From positions 665,605-729,604 of the forward strand of contig DASPLI010000001.1 of NCBI GenBank assembly GCA_035627655.1: a stretch of DNA of 64,000 nucleotides, read 5' to 3'. This DNA is from Minisyncoccota bacterium. Its GTDB lineage: Bacteria > Patescibacteriota > Minisyncoccia > Phycocordibacterales > Phycocordibacteraceae. The notes beneath the pieces are model-generated. The model searched no databases. It worked only from the letters and a program-made list of their open reading frames with translations, and was not told the DNA's origin. Numbering within the stretch: the stretch's first letter is position 1; each line of letters starts with the position of its first letter. The translations under genes were made by a program, and so were the position numbers. Below are positions 9,303-18,636 of this stretch, one piece after another.

Positions 9303-10409
9303 CTAAAAGGAAAGATAGGCACAGCGCCCCTGCTCTAAATAGTGGGTTCCCCAGCGCTGGACCGAGTATTTATCTTCTTCGCCGCGCAGAGCCGCTCCTG
9401 AAGGGTTGCTTGCCGACACGCCATACAGCCTGCAGCCGTCTTTGTAGACTGCGTCAGAATCCACAGCGTCGTACCAGCCTCGTACTTGCTCGACGCGGAA
9501 TGTAGCCGGATCAGCGTCTTCAACTATGTGCAGCTGTGAGCACTGCTCGTCCATGCAGTCAAAGTTATCCATGTAATACACGTGGCTGCTGTCTTTCGCA
9601 TAGGTTCTCATGCTCGCGGATTCGTGGTCGATGATTTCGAAGGTCGATACATCTATCGGCACTTCGATATCCTTCCCCGACTCGGTCAGATCACACTGGT
9701 CATACCCCTCCTCCTCAAGGGAGTGGCGGTTCTTACAGGGTATGTGCTGATGGCGTACGGATACGATAAATGTACCGTCCCGGACAGCCCGCACCACTTC
9801 GCTCCCATAATAAATCTTCCCAGCGCTCAAAACATACCTATAGCTGCCATCACTGCGCGTAAGCACCGGGGCTTTATCCAAGAACTTGAAGTCTGCCGAA
9901 TCTGCTCCTGGCAATTTTGTATCCCTGTAAAATACTGAAGCACTATCCTTGACATAGTATTCGTCTACGAGCGAGACGCTTTTAACATCTACATCGGGAA
10001 CCTTCACGACGTGCCTGCTGGAATAGGAAGAGCTCCATGCAACATAATAAAGACTATTCTTGTCCATGGCATAGAGCCGTCCCAGAGGCTGGAATGTCTC
10101 GGCGTTAGCGCCGTCAATAAAGACACTTTCTGTTTTGAAAGTTTCGCTCAGACACAGGCTGTCTTGACAGGGTCTGTAATAGAAGACTCCTTGATGGGTA
10201 GGATACGTCACTATGTAGAAACCTTCGCCACTACCTCCGCCAATCCTGTTCGAAAAAGTCTCTGGGTATGCGCTGCTGTAATAGATGAAGTAGCCTGCAC
10301 CCAGCACCAGGATAAGTAGTACGACGAATTTTCCCTTAAGACGCTCGAACCAAGAAACCTTTGTCGGAGGAGTAACACTGTCGGGTATATCGTGGCTACT
10401 TGGCGACAT
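9303..10409 (-). CDS. Secreted or membrane-anchored DKNYY-repeat protein.
   Basis: An N-terminal transmembrane or signal segment is followed by repeated [DK]-x-x-x-[VL]-[YF]-Y...GAD/ADP...TF units (MDKNSLYYV, VFYRDTKLPGADSADF, KIYYGSEVV, HVYYMDNFD, AVYKDGCRLYG). GC is low. Confidence 0.5.
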   Translation of the reverse strand: MSPSSHDIPDSVTPPTKVSWFERLKGKFVVLLILVLGAGYFIYYSSAYPETFSNRIGGGSGEGFYIVTYPTHQGVFYYRPCQDSLCLSETFKTESVFIDGANAETFQPLGRLYAMDKNSLYYVAWSSSYSSRHVVKVPDVDVKSVSLVDEYYVKDSASVFYRDTKLPGADSADFKFLDKAPVLTRSDGSYRYVLSAGKIYYGSEVVRAVRDGTFIVSVRHQHIPCKNRHSLEEEGYDQCDLTESGKDIEVPIDVSTFEIIDHESASMRTYAKDSSHVYYMDNFDCMDEQCSQLHIVEDADPATFRVEQVRGWYDAVDSDAVYKDGCRLYGVSASNPSGAALRGEEDKYSVQRWGTHYLEQGRCAYLSF

Positions 10410-10470
10410 ATATGAAATTGTACTACTAGCCCTGCGGTTCTTTTGTAGCTTTGCGAGGAGTTTCTTTTTG

Positions 10471-10542
10471 TGACCCTACGGGGAATCGAACCCCGATTTC
10501 CAGCGTGAGAGGCTAGCGTCCTAACCGTTAGACGATAGGGCC
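10471..10542 (-). tRNA. tRNA-Glu with anticodon CUC.
   Basis: A 72-nt cloverleaf folded by hand, with a 7-bp acceptor stem (GGCCCUA/UAGGGUC), anticodon loop CUCUCAC and T-loop GGGGTTCGATTCCCC. CCA is not encoded. Confidence 0.85.
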
Positions 10543-10630
10543 AATACCTGCGGATTTTAGCAAACAAAGGCGAAAATGAAAGGGGCGCACCGAAATGGTG
10601 CGCCCCCTGTTTTGAAATGGGAGGATGGTT

Positions 10631-10891
10631 TTACGCGGTCGCGAACTCGGTGGATGCCGACCCAGAGCGTTTCGCATTCGGCTTCTTGTTGCCCGAGGGC
10701 TTCGAGAGGCGAATATGTGTGTTCTGCAGCGGCTTACCCATGAAGGTAGCATCCGCATACGGAACCCATTGCGAACCGGTAGGCCCAAGTACCTGCACCT
10801 GCTGCGCCTTCTTGTCGACGTCCATCAGCTTGCGCTGGTGACCGTTGACCATGACGCAGGTTGCGACCTGACCATAAATACGAATATCCAC
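10631..10891 (-). CDS. Conserved small protein of 86 aa with unknown function. It weakly resembles an L31-type ribosomal protein but is unconfirmed.
   Basis: An AAGGGAG ribosome-binding site sits 8 nt upstream, and a rho-independent terminator (GGGGCGCACC...GGTGCGCCCC plus a T-run) lies downstream at 10582..10613. Confidence 0.4.
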   Translation of the reverse strand: MDIRIYGQVATCVMVNGHQRKLMDVDKKAQQVQVLGPTGSQWVPYADATFMGKPLQNTHIRLSKPSGNKKPNAKRSGSASTEFATA

Positions 10892-10952
10892 GTACCTACT
10901 CCCTTGTGCTATCGCTTCCCGCAGAGAAGCGAAGCCCCTAGCATACCACGCA

Positions 10953-12218
10953 CTACGCCTTTTTCAACCACTCTTTATCCTGACGTACCAACTGTCCCCG
11001 GTCCTGAGGATTGCGAAGTAGCGCTTCGGTAATACGTTCCATGCGTATGCCCTGCGAACCCTTGATAAGCACCAAGTCTCCTTCTCGTACGAAATCGGTC
11101 AGTGCAGCTGCTGCTTCGCGCGAGTTTGTGTAGTGATACGCTTCGCGCTCTGCGGCAACTGCCTCATGCACCGCCTTCGCGCGCTCCCCGACCGACACAA
11201 TGACCTGCGCAACACCCGCAGCGAGCTTCCCCACCCGCGCATGCTCTTCCTTGGAATACCGGCCAAGCTCGAGCATGTCACCAAGCACAACGATACGGCG
11301 GGTAATGCCAGGCATGAGTGGAAGCGCGGATACTATTTCAATAACCGCTGCTGGTGAGGCGTTATAGGTGTCGTCAATCAGTATTGAGCCGTTACGGCCC
11401 GGCAAAATACGAGCACGACCTGGTGGCGGTACGTAGTTCCTAAGTCCAGCAAGAGCTTCCTTTTCTTTCATGCCAAGTGCGAGCGCAAGCGTAAGCGCTG
11501 CTGCCGGCGCATAGAGCTGTTGACGTCCAAGCGCGCCTTCTACGCACAGCTCATATTTAATCTGGCGAATCGTGGCAACCGAACGCATACCACTGCCTGA
11601 AATAACAGATGCCTCGCCAAGCGAGACATCCGCATCCTTCGTAAAACCGTATGTGCTGAGGGTGGCAGCTGTTGCTCGTGCAAGACGCTTTGCATGTGCA
11701 TCTTCTTCACAAATCACCAGTGGTGCACCGGCAGGAAGTGCGTGGGCAGGTGCAAATTCTTCTTCACGCACTGCTTCCGGAGTTGCATATGCTTCTACGT
11801 GTACCGGCACGTCTGGAAGCTTCGTTACCACAACCGCATGGGGCGTTGCGATGCGGAGGATCTGCTTCAGGTCTCCGGGTCGGTCCGCACCAACCTCAAG
11901 CACCAGGAGTTTTGGATAATGGTTTGGGAAGAGAAGGAGCGAGAGTCCGTGCGCAAACACACCAAGCCACGCAGAAAAGCTGGTCCAGGGATTCTTCGCA
12001 CCGATGATGGTAAGCGGAACACCAAACTCGCTGTTGTAACTCTTCTCGCTTGCACGAAGGAAGTACCGCTCGGACAAGCAGGCGGCAACCGCGTCCTTGG
12101 TGGATGTCTTCCCCACGCTTCCCGTGACCATTACGATCTTCGGTTCGTATTTAGCAAGAATCCCCCGCGCAAGCGCGGCAAGCATACCCGCGACGATGCT
12201 TCGAAGGACGGTTTTCAT
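10953..12218 (-). CDS. murF: UDP-N-acetylmuramoyl-tripeptide--D-alanyl-D-alanine ligase.
   Basis: Mur ligase P-loop MVTGSVGKTSTKD plus Mur-ligase central and C-terminal domains. It follows ftsI directly with a 4-nt overlap. Confidence 0.85.
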   Translation of the reverse strand: MKTVLRSIVAGMLAALARGILAKYEPKIVMVTGSVGKTSTKDAVAACLSERYFLRASEKSYNSEFGVPLTIIGAKNPWTSFSAWLGVFAHGLSLLLFPNHYPKLLVLEVGADRPGDLKQILRIATPHAVVVTKLPDVPVHVEAYATPEAVREEEFAPAHALPAGAPLVICEEDAHAKRLARATAATLSTYGFTKDADVSLGEASVISGSGMRSVATIRQIKYELCVEGALGRQQLYAPAAALTLALALGMKEKEALAGLRNYVPPPGRARILPGRNGSILIDDTYNASPAAVIEIVSALPLMPGITRRIVVLGDMLELGRYSKEEHARVGKLAAGVAQVIVSVGERAKAVHEAVAAEREAYHYTNSREAAAALTDFVREGDLVLIKGSQGIRMERITEALLRNPQDRGQLVRQDKEWLKKA

Positions 12219-13942
12219 GGTTCAAGGGATGCCCGGTCCGGAGCAACCGCGTAGTAATTGATGAGGAAGTGGGTCAAGTCCATAAACGGGTGCGTGAGGG
12301 TCTCAGACGCGTACTGTACGCCTCCAGGCTCCCGTGTGTAAAGGAGGATGATGAACTCAGGGTCATAGGCCGGGAAATAGCCGAAAAACGAGTGGAGGTA
12401 GAGGCCGGGAGCGTACTTGCCGCCGGGACCCGGGACCTGGGCGGTACCCGTCTTTGCTGCCACGCTCACTTCGGGGATCGAAAGGCTGCCGTCTGCAAGT
12501 TTGGAGTCAACCACTTTGACGAGCATGCGGGTCGTCTCCTCAACCGCCTCCGGAGAGAAAACGCGCTCCGGCTGATTCCATGCAAGCGTCTTCACGACGC
12601 CCGACTCAAGACGAACCGCGCTCACCAAGTGCGGCGTCACCGTCGAGCCACCGTTCGCAAGCGCAGAGAGCGCCTTGATCATCTGCACGGGCGTCTCGGC
12701 AATACCCTGTCCGTAAGAAGCGGTTGCATATTCAATGTCGCGCGGACTCGACTCGATGTTGCGTATGTCACCGCCTGCCTCGCTCGGTAGATCAATGCCG
12801 GTCTCCGTTCCAAAACCAAGCTTCTGGAAGTAGCCACGGAACCGTTCGTGTCCGAGTCGTCCCGCAACAAAGGAAGCGCCGACGTTCAACGACTGCGACA
12901 GCACCTCCTGCATCGGCACGACGCCGCGCGCCTCAAGGTCGTAGTTACAAATCTTTGCCGTGTTGAGCGTAATACAACCGGTGTCGTTATACGTTGTATT
13001 TGCCGAAACGACGCCCGCATCAAGACCGGCGGCCATGGTGAGCGCTTTCATGATGGAACCGAATTCATACTGGTTCTCCACGAGCGGATTGCCGAAGGTT
13101 GCTGGATCCGCCTGGCTGAAGTCGCCCGGATCAAAGGTTGGCACGACCTGAAGCGCAATGATTTCTCCCGTACGCGGATTCATGATGATACCGCCCGTCT
13201 CGCGGCTGCCGTACTGCCCTTGTACTTCCGCAAGCACCTGTCCGAGCTTTTCTTGTACCACCGGTTCGATCGTCGTTACCAAATCCCCTTCGCTTGCCTG
13301 CCGCGCGTCACCAACTGCGTCTCCAACGTCTGCAAACAACTCCGCAAAGAAGTTGCCGAACAGTCCTTCGTTTCCGCGCGAGAGCACATTCTCGTAGTAC
13401 CGCTCAAGGCCAAAGCGTCCGGCAAGATCGTTATCGTTGTCGTACGCGACAAAGCCGATTGATTGCGCCGCATCCTGGCCCGCCGGATACACCCGCCACC
13501 GCTCCCGCTCCACCAACACGCCGGGAATCTTCAATTCCGCAATCGCCTGCCCTGCCGCTTCCGGAACGCGTACCGCGATCACCTCGTACGGATCGTCGGT
13601 CTTCGCCGCCGCCTCATCAAATGCCGCTCGATCAATTGAAGCATGTGCCGAAAGAGCGGCGTACGCAGCTTCCGGGTCCTTGAGACGCTTTGGATCAAGC
13701 GCGAGTCGGAATCCGGTTGCAATACCGGCTGCTGAAAGCATCGTGCCGTCCTTTCGGGTGAAATAAATGGAGCCACGATCATACAGCGCCTGCGTCGAAT
13801 TCTCGTATTGGCGCTCGGCTCGGTGCGCGAAGTCCGCTCCGTGCACGATCTGTACGAAATAAAGCCGCGCCGCAATAAAGAGCGCAAATAGGATGATGAT
13901 GAGGGAGAAGAGCCTCAGCCGCGCTCGGAGCTGCGCCCGCAT
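12215..13942 (-). CDS. ftsI: Peptidoglycan D,D-transpeptidase FtsI (penicillin-binding protein 3).
   Basis: An N-terminal transmembrane segment is followed by a transpeptidase domain with SxxK (STVK-like), SxN and KTG(T) motifs. It sits in the usual dcw-cluster position. Confidence 0.8.
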   Translation of the reverse strand: MRAQLRARLRLFSLIIILFALFIAARLYFVQIVHGADFAHRAERQYENSTQALYDRGSIYFTRKDGTMLSAAGIATGFRLALDPKRLKDPEAAYAALSAHASIDRAAFDEAAAKTDDPYEVIAVRVPEAAGQAIAELKIPGVLVERERWRVYPAGQDAAQSIGFVAYDNDNDLAGRFGLERYYENVLSRGNEGLFGNFFAELFADVGDAVGDARQASEGDLVTTIEPVVQEKLGQVLAEVQGQYGSRETGGIIMNPRTGEIIALQVVPTFDPGDFSQADPATFGNPLVENQYEFGSIMKALTMAAGLDAGVVSANTTYNDTGCITLNTAKICNYDLEARGVVPMQEVLSQSLNVGASFVAGRLGHERFRGYFQKLGFGTETGIDLPSEAGGDIRNIESSPRDIEYATASYGQGIAETPVQMIKALSALANGGSTVTPHLVSAVRLESGVVKTLAWNQPERVFSPEAVEETTRMLVKVVDSKLADGSLSIPEVSVAAKTGTAQVPGPGGKYAPGLYLHSFFGYFPAYDPEFIILLYTREPGGVQYASETLTHPFMDLTHFLINYYAVAPDRASLEP

Positions 13943-13945
13943 GGA

Positions 13946-14236
13946 TTAGCGGCCCGCCCGGGTAACGGCGGGAGCGCCGGAAGACATCACGTACTCGACT
14001 GAGGTCGGCGTGACGTATCCTTGCGCAATGACATCGGTCGCAGAAAGATGCGCGATCGCGTCATAGTACTCGGTCTCAAGCGCTGACACTTTTGATTCAA
14101 GTTCGCGCAGAGACACCATGCGGTCGGTACGAAGGGTGGCAAAGAAAATCGTGGTTGCAACAAGTGCAAGGTACGCAACCACCAACGCGGCGCAGGAGAA
14201 CGACAGATAGGTAATGGCGCGGCTAGGCAAACGCAT
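13946..14236 (-). CDS. ftsL: Cell division protein FtsL-like.
   Basis: A 96-aa protein with a single transmembrane helix and a coiled coil, located between rsmH and ftsI. Confidence 0.55.
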   Translation of the reverse strand: MRLPSRAITYLSFSCAALVVAYLALVATTIFFATLRTDRMVSLRELESKVSALETEYYDAIAHLSATDVIAQGYVTPTSVEYVMSSGAPAVTRAGR

Positions 14237-15167
14237 AGGCAGTAAGGATCTTATTCACGGGAGAATCGCTGCTCGAACGCTCGAAGATCCGCAACTTTGC
14301 GGAGCGAGCGCGCGGATTCTCCTTCGTCTCAAACTCAGACGGAGCGATCGGCTTTTTAGTAATAACGGTGCCCTTCCCCGCATACGCAGCATCGCGCAGC
14401 ATCGACTTCACGACGCGGTCTTCAATGCTATGGAACGTAATGACCGCGACGCGTCCGCCTTCCGACAAGCGCTCGATCGCGGCAGTAAGCCCGTCGCGAA
14501 CAGCGCCAAGCTCGTCGTTTACCGCAATGCGGAGCGCCTGGAAGGTCTTGGTTGCCGGATGAATGCGACGGTGCTGGTACCACGACGGCGTCGACTTCGT
14601 AATAACATCAACAAGCTGGCCGGTCGTGAGAATGCGCGAGCGAGAGCGAGTCTCGACAATGCCGCGAGCAATCTGGCGCGCAAAGCGCTCTTCGCCAAGC
14701 GTGAAGAGAATCTCGGAAAGCTTTTCTTCCGGCGCAGTATTGATGAGGTCTGCCGCGGTCGTGCCCTCCTTCGGCTCGCCGTAGGTCATAAGAAGCGGCT
14801 CTTCTTTCTGGAAGGAGAAGCCACGGCCGGCGGTCAGGTGATACGCGCTCCAACCAAGGTCAAAGAGAACCTTGGATACGGTTTCAACCCCAAGGCGATC
14901 AAGAATGGCACCGAGATTGCGGAAGTTGTCGTTGACCAAATGTACCTCCGTTGCAGAGGAGGTAGAGGCGGCATGCTCACCGCGAACAATCGCGTCTTCA
15001 TCCGCATCGATACCAATGAGCGTGCCCGTCCCGTTGAGCGCATCCAAAAGCGCAAGGAAGTGCCCCGCTCCGCCAACGGTAGCGTCTACGACCGTATCCC
15101 CCCGCTCAATGCGAAGGCCGTCGACGGCTTCCTGAAGGAGAACGCTCTTGTGGAGGGAGTCGTGCAT
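14223..15167 (-). CDS. rsmH: 16S rRNA (cytosine1402-N4)-methyltransferase.
   Basis: The start was reset to MHDSLHKSVLLQEAVDGL.... The SAM-binding DATVGGAGH motif is present and the gene lies beside mraZ. Confidence 0.85.
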   Translation of the reverse strand: MHDSLHKSVLLQEAVDGLRIERGDTVVDATVGGAGHFLALLDALNGTGTLIGIDADEDAIVRGEHAASTSSATEVHLVNDNFRNLGAILDRLGVETVSKVLFDLGWSAYHLTAGRGFSFQKEEPLLMTYGEPKEGTTAADLINTAPEEKLSEILFTLGEERFARQIARGIVETRSRSRILTTGQLVDVITKSTPSWYQHRRIHPATKTFQALRIAVNDELGAVRDGLTAAIERLSEGGRVAVITFHSIEDRVVKSMLRDAAYAGKGTVITKKPIAPSEFETKENPRARSAKLRIFERSSSDSPVNKILTAYAFA

Positions 15168-15172
15168 ACAAG

Positions 15173-15595
15173 TTAGGAAGCAAGATGCTCGGCAAACTGG
15201 TCTGCATCGCGCTCGATGGAAGCGGTGTAGGTAGCCCATGCCTTTTCGTCCCAGATCTCCACGCGATCCATCACACCTGCGATCACCGTCTTCTCCTTGA
15301 GCTTGGCAAAGGACTTAAGGTAGTCCGGAACCAGAATGCGACCTGCCGAATCGACATCCGCTTCTGCGGCGCCAGCAAGCGTCAGGCGCGCAAGGCCGCG
15401 GCCTGCCGCGCTTCCGGTTGAGTGCTGGGCAAACTTTGCCGCCTCCTGCTTCCAGGCACTCTTGGAGTAAATAAAGAGACACTTGTCGAGACCGCGCGTC
15501 ACTACCACTGAGTTACCGAGATCCTTCCGGAACTTAGCCGGAAGCGAGATGCGATTCTTCGCGTCGAATGTGTGGCGGTACTCTCCGATGAACAT
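15173..15595 (-). CDS. mraZ: Transcriptional regulator MraZ.
   Basis: The start was reset to MFIGEYRHTFDAKNRISLP. The MraZ domain is duplicated. Confidence 0.85.
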   Translation of the reverse strand: MFIGEYRHTFDAKNRISLPAKFRKDLGNSVVVTRGLDKCLFIYSKSAWKQEAAKFAQHSTGSAAGRGLARLTLAGAAEADVDSAGRILVPDYLKSFAKLKEKTVIAGVMDRVEIWDEKAWATYTASIERDADQFAEHLAS

Positions 15596-15855
15596 AGGTA
15601 ATGAATGGCGGTTCCGGCGAACCCTTCCACCCGCCTCGGTGTGGTTCCGCCATGACTCGGAACCGGTATGCCTCAAGAAAAAATGAGACGGGCGGAAGGC
15701 TTCGTCGGGGTTCGGAGAGGCTGAGGAAATTCCTCATCCCACTTCATCCCACTGATATGGAAGTATATGCCACTTTGCCCCACTAAACCTGTGTTTGTAC
15801 TGTGGATAAGAGAAAACGGCGCTTGTGGCGCCGTTTCAAAAACCTGTCGGTTCCT

Positions 15856-17316
15856 CTACTCCTTGGGTCGCATCAGCGGGAAAATCTGACCCTCGCGCAC
15901 AGAAACCCCTTCCAGGAAGCTGAAGAGACGCTCGGAAAGTCCGAACCCGAACGCCGGCGGCATGCCGTATTCAAGCGCTTCAACATAGGAAGCGTCGTTC
16001 ATCTGCGCCTCCTCGTCCCCACCATCGCGAAGAGACTGCTGGTGTCGGAAACGTTCCGCCTGATCAACGGGATCGTTGAGCTCACTGAAGCCCTTACCAA
16101 CTTCAGAACCGCCAAGCAAGACCTGGAAGCGCTCTACCACCTGCGGATTCTTCGGATCCTTCTTTGCAAGCGGCTCGAGGTATGCCGGAACACCAATCAG
16201 GAAGCCTGGACCGGCAATCTGCTTGCGGATCTGCTTCCAGAGCAGATCGACGCCGCGCTCAACATTGAACCCCTTCGAGTCATAGGCGATACCCTGCTCC
16301 TTGAGGACCTTCGCCAGCTCGTCTGCGGTCGTGGCAAGCGGATTGATGCCATACGCCTGCTGTATGAGCGCGCAGTAATCGTATCGCTCCCAATCTTTAC
16401 CCAGGTCAACCGTCGTTCCTTTTATATCGAATACAAGCGTGCCGTATACCCGCTGCGCGATCTCCCGATACAGGTCAACGATCATCTGCATCCCCTTCTC
16501 GTAATCGCTAAAGGCCTGATAGAACTCCATCTGCGTATAGTCCTGCAAATGCTCGGCAGACATGCCCTCATTACGGAAAATGCGCCCGATCTCAAAGGTG
16601 GCCGGGATGCCCGCGACCATAAGTCGCTTCTGCCACAGTTCGCCGGCAGAAATGCGCAGGTATACATCGATATCTAGCGCGTTGTGGTGCGTTACGAAAG
16701 GACGCGCGTCTGCGCCGCCGGTTGTCGTCTCGAGCACCGGCGTCTCCACTTCAATAAACCCACGCTCGAGCAAGAAGGCGCGAATGGTGTTCCAAAAGGC
16801 CGAGCGGCGACGCACACGCCCTGCAAGCTCTTCAGACAGCAGGATATCGAGATAACGCTTACGATAGCGCTCATCCTCGTCTTTGAGGCCGTACCACTCG
16901 TCTGGAATTGGGCGAATGGACTTTGCAAGCATTCGCCAGCTCTTACCTAAAAGAGACGGCATGCCCGTCTTGGTCGTAAAGGCAACGCCGTCCACTTCAA
17001 CAAAGTCTCCAACGTCGACCGTCGACACAAACAGATCGTACGCTTCCGCACCAAGACCGTCCTTCTGCAGATACAGCTGCGTCTTGCCGCTTCCGTCAAA
17101 GATATCGGCGAAGAGCGATGCGCCATGCTCGCGCTTACTCATCACGCGGCCAGCAAGTACAACTGACGTTCCTGCCGGTTCGAGCGCAGTATGCTCCGCA
17201 AGGAAGGTGCGTATCTCGTGCGTGCGGTTTGTAGTGACCGGGTACGGATCAATCCCGGACGCCGTCAGGCGTTCGAGCTTCGCTAGTCGTTCGCCTCGAA
17301 TATCTTCAAGCGACAT
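15856..17316 (-). CDS. lysS: Lysyl-tRNA synthetase, class II.
   Basis: An N-terminal OB anticodon-binding domain is followed by class II aaRS motifs 1-3 (FRNEG..., GGSEVGKG...). Confidence 0.85.
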   Translation of the reverse strand: MSLEDIRGERLAKLERLTASGIDPYPVTTNRTHEIRTFLAEHTALEPAGTSVVLAGRVMSKREHGASLFADIFDGSGKTQLYLQKDGLGAEAYDLFVSTVDVGDFVEVDGVAFTTKTGMPSLLGKSWRMLAKSIRPIPDEWYGLKDEDERYRKRYLDILLSEELAGRVRRRSAFWNTIRAFLLERGFIEVETPVLETTTGGADARPFVTHHNALDIDVYLRISAGELWQKRLMVAGIPATFEIGRIFRNEGMSAEHLQDYTQMEFYQAFSDYEKGMQMIVDLYREIAQRVYGTLVFDIKGTTVDLGKDWERYDYCALIQQAYGINPLATTADELAKVLKEQGIAYDSKGFNVERGVDLLWKQIRKQIAGPGFLIGVPAYLEPLAKKDPKNPQVVERFQVLLGGSEVGKGFSELNDPVDQAERFRHQQSLRDGGDEEAQMNDASYVEALEYGMPPAFGFGLSERLFSFLEGVSVREGQIFPLMRPKE

Positions 17317-17434
17317 GATGCTGTGTATCCTAGCACGCCTCCCCGCACGACACTGCTTGCGAAGTTGGCACTTGTGTGTAATGGTTAGTCCTGGAAAGAC
17401 GAGGACCGCCTCGTATCATCCTGGAGTACGCGCG

Positions 17435-17617
17435 ATGCGAACCGTTCTGCTTCTTATCGTCGCGATAGTCACCGGCCTGTACGCTTTCGGTATCGCCCCA
17501 AGCGAATCGGAACCGGCACGAATCGCGGCAGCGATCTGCCTTTTCTCAACTGCCCTGTTCCTTTTGAGCCTGGTGCTCAACATCACCGACGCGCTCAAAA
17601 ATGCAAAAGAACGATAA
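17435..17617 (+). CDS. Possible small membrane protein of 60 aa.
   Basis: A GGAG sequence lies 9 nt upstream. Two hydrophobic helices are predicted, and a terminator hairpin follows at 17621..17650. Confidence 0.3.
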   Translation: MRTVLLLIVAIVTGLYAFGIAPSESEPARIAAAICLFSTALFLLSLVLNITDALKNAKER

Positions 17618-17669
17618 TGAAACGAGCCGGCCCTACGAGGAGCCGGCTCGATCCATATTAATGACTGAT

Positions 17670-18140
17670 TTAGGAGACCTTGTGCACCGTATACGTCTGC
17701 TTGCCGTTTGGCGTCTCGAAGGTGAACACGTCACCCTTTTTTTTGCCCATAAGCGCGGCGCCGAGCGGTGAGACGTGAGAGAGTTTTCGTTCACGCATGT
17801 CCGCTTCTTCGCTGCCGACAATCTGATACTCGTGCATCTCGTCGCTTCCGTCTTTGCGAATGGCGACCGAAGATCCGAAACCGACCACGTCCTTTTTCTT
17901 GCTGTCCGTCGCGATCTTCGCGCGCTTGACGAGCTCTTCGAGCTTTCGAATACGCTCCTCAGTTGCCGCCTGGAGTTCGCGCGCCTCCTGGTACTCGGCG
18001 TTTTCGGACAAATCGCCAAGCGAACGAGCGTATTCAAGGTTCTTTGCGATTTCAGAACGGCGAACAGTTTTCAGGTTTTCGAGCTCTTTGACGAGTTCAT
18101 CGAATTTCTCCTGTGAAAGCAGGGTGTCTTGTTCAGTCAT
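17670..18140 (-). CDS. greA: Transcription elongation factor GreA.
   Basis: An N-terminal coiled coil is followed by a C-terminal FKBP-like domain, in a 156-aa protein. Confidence 0.85.
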   Translation of the reverse strand: MTEQDTLLSQEKFDELVKELENLKTVRRSEIAKNLEYARSLGDLSENAEYQEARELQAATEERIRKLEELVKRAKIATDSKKKDVVGFGSSVAIRKDGSDEMHEYQIVGSEEADMRERKLSHVSPLGAALMGKKKGDVFTFETPNGKQTYTVHKVS

Positions 18141-18280
18141 GAAGGTGCCTAATTGGTGCTCTTCATTGTACGTGGTGCTCCCCTGCCGTCAATGCGACGA
18201 GGCGCGGGGTCTAAATTGACACTATGTATATTCCATGTTATTTTGACGTCGGTCATTGTTCAAACCGAAAGGAGGAATTC

Positions 18281-18595
18281 ATGGCCGAAAGAGCCACACG
18301 GTCGTGGCTTGATGTAGTGTTGGAGATGTCGACAGCGTTCATCGTCTTGATGACGCTCCTCAACTACAACGAGCTCGAACGTATGTTTGTCGCCCACCAC
18401 GCGACTATCGGACACTTCGTGTTCGGCGCTGTGCTCGCCGCACAATTTGGTGCCCTCATGCACTACTTTTTGCGCGCGCAGCAAGAGGAAACGGGACGGA
18501 CTACCGGACGGCTGGTTGTTCTCGTCTACGCCTTCGCGCTGCTCATCACTGCCATCTGGCAGACAGCACAAGGCGTGCTCGTGCTCACCGCCTAA
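18281..18595 (+). CDS. Hypothetical membrane protein of 104 aa.
   Basis: An AAAGGAGG ribosome-binding site precedes the internal ATG. A terminator hairpin (GGCGCCCC...GGGGCGCC plus TTTT) lies at 18605..18633. Confidence 0.5.
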   Translation: MAERATRSWLDVVLEMSTAFIVLMTLLNYNELERMFVAHHATIGHFVFGAVLAAQFGALMHYFLRAQQEETGRTTGRLVVLVYAFALLITAIWQTAQGVLVLTA

Positions 18596-18636
18596 TACAC
18601 CAGCGGCGCCCCAGACTACCGGGGCGCCGTTTTCAT

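Noticed and set aside
10631-10891. A call of ribosomal protein L31 (or L28) for the 86-aa protein.
   Set aside because: Only a loose pattern resemblance is present, and neither the CxxC pairs nor the HPFYTG motif is found. It is kept as a conserved hypothetical.
14214-16677. Plus-strand ORFs of 320 aa and 291 aa opposite rsmH/mraZ and lysS.
   Set aside because: They are antisense to genes with unambiguous motifs and show no recognisable domains.
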